Source: a virus (Duplodnaviria; Caudoviricetes). From it: a stretch of 50,809 nt of DNA. The DNA is taken from the IMG/VR virus record IMGVR_UViG_3300030372_000654, positions 1 through 50,809 of that record; one strand, given 5' to 3'. This document shows positions 44,779 through 50,809 of the stretch, piece after piece. A program made the translations under genes and the position numbers. A model generated the notes under the pieces. That model worked only from the letters and a program-made list of their open reading frames with translations, did not search any database and had not been told where the DNA came from. Within the stretch, counting starts at the first letter, position 1; every line of letters starts with the position of its first letter.

Positions 44779-46389
44779 TTATCTCCTACCTGAAGGTATA
44801 AAATCTATATATAAACCATTTATCTTGTATGGTGGTTTTGTATCCTCTGTAACAACTGTAAAGTTATTACTTGTACCACTTCCTTGTACTGGTATTCTTA
44901 TCATCGGTGCTGCAGTACCACCAAACACTGTTGAGTTAAAAACTGCATCTCCAAAAATTGAAGGTGGATTAACTGTACCAAAAGAAAAATCACTTGTTGG
45001 TTGTGGAATATCTTGACTGTTAAAGTCGTATTTAATTTGTAGTGCTGGAGTTACAACTCCTTCGGCTGAACAAGAAACTCTAACGTAATGTAAAGTTTTT
45101 AAAGTTCCTAAGTCTCCGTAGTCATAGTCTGGTGTGGCATATCTAGCAAGTATGTTAGACCCATTAAAGTCGTCACCTGAATCGTGTACAAGCACATAGC
45201 CATCAGTATCACCGTGAAAATATTTTTCAACACCATCATCATTAAATCCAGCTCCTATGCTGGTTACTTCTATTCCTTTTGTTTCTGACCACTCAAATCC
45301 GTTTGGTCTAAGTGTTCCTATAATTCCTTCTTGTTGTGCATTAATAACACTTGTATTTGTATAAAATAATCTATACTGAGACTTTTCTCTAATAACAACA
45401 CTTGAAATTATATATTTATCAATGTTTTCTGCCAACTGTGTAATAATAGGTTGGATAGCTTTACTAACTGTACCCAACTCAACGTCTCCAATCCTTGCAG
45501 TACCAGCAACTGTTCTTAGTCCATCGGGTGCTAAGAATATAAGGTCACCACCTATCTCTTGGATACTGTAGCCTGATAGACAACCAATGTTCTTTGCCAC
45601 TGGAATTACTGCTACAGAACTTGCATCATTTATATTTTGTAATTTAAATATACTGTTTCTACAAAATATAAAAAGTTCATTACGGAAACTTTTAATGCCT
45701 ACTACTTGGTCTGATAAAGTTACAGAACCATTTCCAGTACCATTAAAAGTTGTTGGGTCTAATGTTGTGCTGTAAAATACTGTACTAAGATTATCTTCAA
45801 CACCTGCAACAATTAAATGTTTATCGTGTATTTCAGAATGTGTTGCAAACTTTGTACTTGTTACAGTTATCTCACCACTAAAGTATGTTCTACTATTAAT
45901 GTTAGAACCTGTACCTTCCATTCTAAAATAGTAAGGTTTGTTAGCTCCATCACAAATTACTAGTAGTCCATAATCATATGTAGGTCCTTCAAACAATGAA
46001 AAGCTAATTTTGCCTTGTCCTGTTCTAGTAAGTGTACTACGACCTGTAAAAGCTGTGTAGTTATCTCCACTAGCATCTACAGAACTTCTACTTATGTTTA
46101 ACCAACTTGTGCCGTCTTGACTAAAAAATATTCCAGTTCCTGCACAAGCTACAACACCATCTCCATAAGGTATTACCCCATGAATAGTATCAGCACTCCC
46201 ACTTACTAGTGCAGCACTACCAGCTCCTAATCTACTATAACCATTAATACGTCTATAGCCACCTTCGATAGAGACTTCAAAGTTTCTAAGTTCTGTAGCT
46301 ACACCGGGAGTTTTAAGTAAATCAATCTGATTTGATGCTGTTACTAAACCACCAGCACATGCAACTGTATAAGGTTGTGATGTTGCCAT
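44779..46389 (-). CDS. Tail tubular / nozzle (head-closure) protein
   Basis: NFEVS..GGYRRI.G, IGC....SIQEIGGD.IFL.PDG.R; beta-propeller pattern after the adaptor gene. Confidence 0.8.
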   Translation of the reverse strand: MATSQPYTVACAGGLVTASNQIDLLKTPGVATELRNFEVSIEGGYRRINGYSRLGAGSAALVSGSADTIHGVIPYGDGVVACAGTGIFFSQDGTSWLNISRSSVDASGDNYTAFTGRSTLTRTGQGKISFSLFEGPTYDYGLLVICDGANKPYYFRMEGTGSNINSRTYFSGEITVTSTKFATHSEIHDKHLIVAGVEDNLSTVFYSTTLDPTTFNGTGNGSVTLSDQVVGIKSFRNELFIFCRNSIFKLQNINDASSVAVIPVAKNIGCLSGYSIQEIGGDLIFLAPDGLRTVAGTARIGDVELGTVSKAIQPIITQLAENIDKYIISSVVIREKSQYRLFYTNTSVINAQQEGIIGTLRPNGFEWSETKGIEVTSIGAGFNDDGVEKYFHGDTDGYVLVHDSGDDFNGSNILARYATPDYDYGDLGTLKTLHYVRVSCSAEGVVTPALQIKYDFNSQDIPQPTSDFSFGTVNPPSIFGDAVFNSTVFGGTAAPMIRIPVQGSGTSNNFTVVTEDTKPPYKINGLYIDFIPSGRR

Positions 46390-46392
46390 ATT

Positions 46393-47160
46393 TTAAAAAT
46401 ATCTTCTATCGTCTGTCATTGCACGAGGAGTAGGATTAATCAAATTAGATTTCATACTTCTTAATGCTTTTTTATAATCATCCATAGCAAACGCTGCTTG
46501 TTGTGGAGATTCTTTAAACTGCCATACATAATATCTTGTTCTAGCAGTTATGACATTCGTATATTGTTCAGGAAACACAACTGTATCTCCGTGTGCTGAT
46601 AAAGCTGTAGGTTTTTCAAATGCATAAAAATGTACATTGTACACTTTATCAGGAATTGGACTTAATCCAAACTTTCTACCATCTGGTGATTTAATTACAT
46701 TTATTGGCTCACCATATGATTGAGCATTTGCATCGTCTTCGTTTTCACTGTCTCTATAATATCTTTTCCAATCAGCTAAGTTTAAAAACTTTAATCCTTT
46801 TGAGACATAAGGAGCTGATTCACCACTAACATTAATAGTGGTTAAATAAAAATCATCCCAATCTATTGAAGCGTAATCATCTTTAACACTTGAACTACTT
46901 GCTTTTAACTCGTACCATCGAGTACCAGCTACTGTAGCTACGGTTACATTTCCATAAAAGGGGTCAGTTTCACCACTTTGACCTACTGTAAAAAATGGTA
47001 ACTGTGGTTCTTCATTTGCTATATCGAATATAGACTTGTTAATAGCATCCTTTGTAAACTGCTGAAGTCCTACAGCACTTGAAAAGTTTGCAGATGTAAG
47101 AGGTAGCTCATTGAGTTCTCTTAGTACTTCGTTAGTTAAACCTAGATATGTTGTTGCCAT
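46393..47160 (-). CDS. Head-tail adaptor / tail tubular protein A-like
   Basis: YL.L.NEVLR.LNE N-terminus, P.PDK.Y. Confidence 0.8.
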   Translation of the reverse strand: MATTYLGLTNEVLRELNELPLTSANFSSAVGLQQFTKDAINKSIFDIANEEPQLPFFTVGQSGETDPFYGNVTVATVAGTRWYELKASSSSVKDDYASIDWDDFYLTTINVSGESAPYVSKGLKFLNLADWKRYYRDSENEDDANAQSYGEPINVIKSPDGRKFGLSPIPDKVYNVHFYAFEKPTALSAHGDTVVFPEQYTNVITARTRYYVWQFKESPQQAAFAMDDYKKALRSMKSNLINPTPRAMTDDRRYF

Positions 47161-47336
47161 TATTTTTTGCCTTTAGCTTTTAGTTTTGCTTTTTTGCTTA
47201 AATCTTTAAAGTGAAAAAGTCTTACACTTGTTTTAGTGTGAGTTTTGTTTGTATGTAATTGACCATTAGGCATTTTATGCATACTACCTTTATGCTCAGT
47301 TCCATCTCGTTTATAATGTTTTACACCTTTAGCCAT
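47160..47336 (-). CDS. 58-aa His/Lys-rich protein, not in the ORF track
   Basis: MAKGVKHYKRDGTEHKGSMHKMPNGQLHT...; TAATG-coupled to the adaptor gene. Confidence 0.7.
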   Translation of the reverse strand: MAKGVKHYKRDGTEHKGSMHKMPNGQLHTNKTHTKTSVRLFHFKDLSKKAKLKAKGKK

Positions 47337-47338
47337 GA

Positions 47339-47560
47339 TTAGTTAGGCATACATTTAGGCATACCATCATATTTAGGTTGAGAACCTTCCATAGTCATAC
47401 CACCTGTACCATACATAGCTCTACCACCTGTTCCTTTTCTTTTTCTCATGCTATAGCTACCATATCTTTTTCGTTCACGTCTAGCTTCAGAATTACCCAT
47501 ATCGCCTTTGTAATCGCCTTGCTTTAAACCACTTTCCATTTTCATTTTCATTTCTTTCAT
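47339..47560 (-). CDS. Met/Gly/Lys-rich small protein
   Basis: AAGGA RBS; 73 aa. Confidence 0.6.
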   Translation of the reverse strand: MKEMKMKMESGLKQGDYKGDMGNSEARRERKRYGSYSMRKRKGTGGRAMYGTGGMTMEGSQPKYDGMPKCMPN

Positions 47561-47573
47561 TTTAATTCCTTTT

Positions 47574-47604
47574 AAAAAGTGGAGGAGTCCGGAAACTCCC
47601 CCGG
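47574..47604 (-). terminator. Rho-independent terminator
   Basis: GGGGGAGTT-tccg-GACTCCTCC followed by ACTTTTT. Confidence 0.7.
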
Positions 47605-47638
47605 TTAGACTGTTTCGTCAATATCTTAAAACTGTATA

Positions 47639-48115
47639 TTAACCTGCTTGGGTTGTTGTAATACCGTCTTGGACTTTACATTGTCCATCAAGATACCAGT
47701 TAGTGCCATCAGACCATACATGAACAAAATCGCCATGTACTGCCTTGTTAGCTACAAACGAGATAGTATCTGCATCTGTAACAGTTGCAACACTTCCTGC
47801 TGCATCTTCTGGAGAAGATACGTTACCCACAATGATATTAGCACTGGATGCTGTAACTACGGTATGTGTACCAGTAGGTTCTGTTGCTCCAATATAAAAC
47901 CAAAACTCTAATCCTGCTGCTGGAGAAGGTAGAGTTTGTATTCTAGCTGTTGCAGTATTCAGAACAAAACGAGTGCCTGATTCATCTGCTTCAATTGTGT
48001 TTGCTGCAGTAATTGACTCTGTGTCTGAAGGTTTTTGGACCTTAGTCGCTAACTCACGAACATCATTTGTTCTTGCTGAGTTTCGACCAGTGTCTCTTAT
48101 GTTTACTATTGCCAT
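47639..48115 (-). CDS. Capsid decoration / minor head protein candidate
   Basis: Directly after the capsid gene; ADESG..F.L..TLP...AGL.F.F..SDGTNWY beta-rich motif. Confidence 0.65.
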   Translation of the reverse strand: MAIVNIRDTGRNSARTNDVRELATKVQKPSDTESITAANTIEADESGTRFVLNTATARIQTLPSPAAGLEFWFYIGATEPTGTHTVVTASSANIIVGNVSSPEDAAGSVATVTDADTISFVANKAVHGDFVHVWSDGTNWYLDGQCKVQDGITTTQAG

Positions 48116-48145
48116 ATTATTTACCTCTTGTAAAATTTATGCGTT

Positions 48146-48176
48146 AAAAAAAGAGGAGGAGTCCTAAGACTCCCCC
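48146..48176 (-). terminator. Rho-independent terminator after the capsid gene
   Basis: GGGGGAGTC-ttag-GACTCCTCC followed by TCTTTTTTT. Confidence 0.8.
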
Positions 48177-48185
48177 AAGTTGACA

Positions 48186-49160
48186 TTAGTCAATTCCGTA
48201 GAAAGCACCTACGATTGCTTCGTCTCTAAGTACTTTCGCACCATAAACATGCAATCCTCTTACAATATCACCGAAAGAACTAGGGTCTCTAAGGACCTCA
48301 GTTGATGTTATTGATTGAGCAGTAGCTGTAGATGAAATATGTCCAGCCAAACATTTACCAGCAGCATTAGATGTTGCAGCAATGTTGTTTGATTTGTACA
48401 TGTTAAATCCACGTAGTTTTCCACTTGATACTAAACCATTTCTGATTGAGCCTTGTCCTGCGTTGTAGTCTACAGACAACAATTTAGAACTAGATTGTCC
48501 TAGAACTTCATAGAAATCAGGACTTGCAACAAACCAACGACCTTCTTCAGGTACGTTCTGTTCGTCTAATAGTCTTGACATTCTACCCATAAGGTCTAGA
48601 GGGTCATGTTCGTTAGAATCAAAACCTATATCTATATTACCTGTACCGTCAAAAGTTCCAGCAGCTAAATCAGTAGCGTTGTCAGAACCTAAAACATGGT
48701 TAGGTGATGAAGCAGACAATCCTGCAAACATAACAGCTAATATAGCAGCATCATATGAATCTTTCAATGCATATGCAGCAGAGCTTGAAGCTACTTCTTT
48801 GAAGTTGACGTGTGACATTTTAGTCTCAATATCATCTACGATGAATTTGAAAGCTTTGGCACTATCAACAACCAAAGTAAGTTCTTGGTCTGTTAGTTTT
48901 GTAGCAGTAGTATCGCTACCTCTTGTGTAATCTGACACAGAGATAACGGGTTCTTTGATAATCTTTACAGAGTCTCCAAAAGCAGTAATTTCACCAGCAT
49001 AGTCGGTGTTAGTAATAGCTTCAACAACAGACGATTTTCTAAAAAAGTTTAAAACCTTTTTAGAGTAAACCGAAGGTAAAAAGAAACTATTAGTCTGTCC
49101 GCTTACAGAGTTTGCAAAGTTAGCATCAGTATCAGTTGAGGGTTCAAAAAATTGAGCCAT
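48186..49160 (-). CDS. Major capsid protein
   Basis: F.P.VYS.KVL..F, ITNTDY.GEI..FGD.VKI, F.VDDIE, F.DIVRGLHVYG.KVLR. Confidence 0.92.
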   Translation of the reverse strand: MAQFFEPSTDTDANFANSVSGQTNSFFLPSVYSKKVLNFFRKSSVVEAITNTDYAGEITAFGDSVKIIKEPVISVSDYTRGSDTTATKLTDQELTLVVDSAKAFKFIVDDIETKMSHVNFKEVASSSAAYALKDSYDAAILAVMFAGLSASSPNHVLGSDNATDLAAGTFDGTGNIDIGFDSNEHDPLDLMGRMSRLLDEQNVPEEGRWFVASPDFYEVLGQSSSKLLSVDYNAGQGSIRNGLVSSGKLRGFNMYKSNNIAATSNAAGKCLAGHISSTATAQSITSTEVLRDPSSFGDIVRGLHVYGAKVLRDEAIVGAFYGID

Positions 49161-49195
49161 TTGATATTCTCCTAAGTTTGTAAGTTAATAATTAA

Positions 49196-50053
49196 TTATT
49201 TTGCAATCCTGCCTTCTGACATGGCTGTACTTATTTCAGCTTCGTACTTATCAAATTCAGCCATAGACATTTTTGCAATTTCCCTTTCAGTCCAAACTTT
49301 CTCTTGCTTCGGTTCTACACTAGTTGTTTTAGTGGAAACCATGTCAGCAGCAGATTTTTTGGACTGCTTAGAATTTGACTTCTTAGGTACATCCATACCA
49401 ATATCTTTCTTAAACAAATCTAAAGCTCTTGAAGCTAGATCAGCATCGTCAGCGTTATTGTATACCCAATCTTGGATAGACTTTGGCTGCTCTTTAGCCC
49501 AACCATGAAAATCATCGCTGTTGCGAATATCTTCAAAATCAGGATGCTTATCCATCAATCGCTTTTCAGCATCTTTACGAATTAACTCTTTTTCACGTTC
49601 TTGTAGTCTTTCAAGTTTCTCTCTTAAGTCTTTAGATTTCTCTTCGGACTGTAAATGAGAAACAGTTTCTACAACTTCGTAAACATCAGGATACTCTTCT
49701 CTAAACTTTTCAAGTTCTTCTGGAGACTTAGGAGCTTTATATGCAGGTCTGTTTTCAGCAGCCTGTTCTAATAACTCTTGTTCTCTAGACTTAAATTCAT
49801 TTAACTTAGAGTCATAATGCTTTTTCAAGTCATCATAGCGTTTCTTGTAGTCTGGTCGCTTATAAGGTTCGTCCTTTGGAGTCTCCTCTTTAGCTTCCTG
49901 TTCTACAGGTTCTGCTACTTTAGTTTCCGGTTTTGCTTTGGGCTTTTCGAAAAAAACTCCGTCTGCATCTTGGAAACCTATTTCGTCTTCTGTATGCCAA
50001 GGTTTGTTCATGTTGTAAGGATTGGCATTTTCCTCTTGTACTTCTGTAGTCAT
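49196..50053 (-). CDS. Capsid scaffolding protein
   Basis: Directly upstream of the capsid gene; KKRYDDL, HPDF..I..SDDFH.W, EI..A..EGRI C-terminus. Confidence 0.85.
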   Translation of the reverse strand: MTTEVQEENANPYNMNKPWHTEDEIGFQDADGVFFEKPKAKPETKVAEPVEQEAKEETPKDEPYKRPDYKKRYDDLKKHYDSKLNEFKSREQELLEQAAENRPAYKAPKSPEELEKFREEYPDVYEVVETVSHLQSEEKSKDLREKLERLQEREKELIRKDAEKRLMDKHPDFEDIRNSDDFHGWAKEQPKSIQDWVYNNADDADLASRALDLFKKDIGMDVPKKSNSKQSKKSAADMVSTKTTSVEPKQEKVWTEREIAKMSMAEFDKYEAEISTAMSEGRIAK

Positions 50054-50059
50054 ATTCTT

Positions 50060-50175
50060 CTCCTACGGGGGCTTCGTTCACAAGGTAGCTCTATGTCGAC
50101 TAGAGGGCTTGTATGTAAAGGTAGCCTTTCGGTTTATAAAATGATAGGGTGCTTATGACATAAGGTAGCCCTACC
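50060..50175 (-). promoter_or_regulatory. Structured leader of the scaffold gene with three equivalent internal loops
   Basis: Three GCUACCUU segments, each opposite AAGC(A/C)C within stems; the last abuts the SD. Confidence 0.65.
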
Positions 50176-50186
50176 GTTAAGTTTGT

Positions 50187-50809
50187 TTAGCTTCTGACGT
50201 GCCTTTGGTCAGGGTCAAGCATCATTTTAGATTTAATACCTTTTGATATTTCATCTTCATCTTCAAGACCTTTAGTACTATCTACTGTTTCTTTAACAAT
50301 GCGAACCTGTGGTTCTTTTTGTTCTTCAACAGGTAGTTCTACTCTTTCTTCCGGCTCACCACCATTAGCTAAACCTTGCCTTTCATCTGCTTTCATTTCT
50401 GCATCTTTCATCATTGCCATTAAATTATCAGCTCCGATTTCTTCTACAGCTTTCGCAGTAAAGACAAACTCTCCATCAGATAACCTTGCAGGTATACTGT
50501 CAGAGACTCCTGAACCCGGACCTTCAACAGGACCAGACCCAGCAAATTCTTGTGCAATGTCAATAACTTTATCGAATATTTCGCTAAGTCTGTCATTGCC
50601 TTGTAACATTTCCATTAGATAATCTTCTTCTTCGTTATCTAATGCTTCATCTAATATAAAATCTAAGTATTCATCTTCCATTTCATCGTCTGGAAGCATG
50701 TCTTCTTCTTGTTCTTCAGGCATTGAATCTTGTTTCATTTCTTTTTTTGGTGCAATCATAATAGCTACACCGCCTTCTTCATAGCCCATACGTTCAACAA
50801 CTTCAGGTG
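50187..50809 (-). CDS. Acidic virion-associated protein, 5' end truncated by the window edge
   Basis: Frame open to the edge (..PEVVERMGYEEGG); GPGSGVSDSIPARLSDGEFVFTAKAV motif. Confidence 0.75.
   Translation of the reverse strand, partial: PEVVERMGYEEGGVAIMIAPKKEMKQDSMPEEQEEDMLPDDEMEDEYLDFILDEALDNEEEDYLMEMLQGNDRLSEIFDKVIDIAQEFAGSGPVEGPGSGVSDSIPARLSDGEFVFTAKAVEEIGADNLMAMMKDAEMKADERQGLANGGEPEERVELPVEEQKEPQVRIVKETVDSTKGLEDEDEISKGIKSKMMLDPDQRHVRS

Overview
This window looks like a nearly complete, circularly permuted genome of an AT-rich podovirus-type tailed phage, probably marine. The gene cut at the left edge (start at 73, minus strand) appears to continue at the right edge. The plus-strand arm (about 6.75-23.08 kb) carries many small early genes and a T7-like replication module: SSB, primase-helicase, DNA polymerase A (Tyr762 type), two PD-(D/E)XK nucleases, a DUF3310-like protein and class Ia ribonucleotide reductase. 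It also encodes a DenV-like glycosylase and a TonB-like membrane protein. The minus-strand arm carries scaffold, major capsid, tail, fibre and internal virion genes, an endolysin, a membrane/secreted-protein cassette containing iscU, and the terminase and portal genes. I found no RNA polymerase, integrase, tRNA or CRISPR array; the promoters look like host sigma70 promoters. The most notable unexplained signals are: (1) a scaffold-gene leader with three copies of the same G-CUAC-CUU/AAG-C(A/C)-C internal loop; (2) a structured non-coding region of about 420 nt directly behind four 11-bp Pho-box-like repeats; (3) a recurring R-x5-GG peptide motif in unrelated late proteins; (4) a palindrome and promoter array converging on a G-rich element, a likely terminus; (5) a frameshift separating a transglycosylase-like domain from an internal virion protein. 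All product calls come from motif recognition by eye, with no database search.
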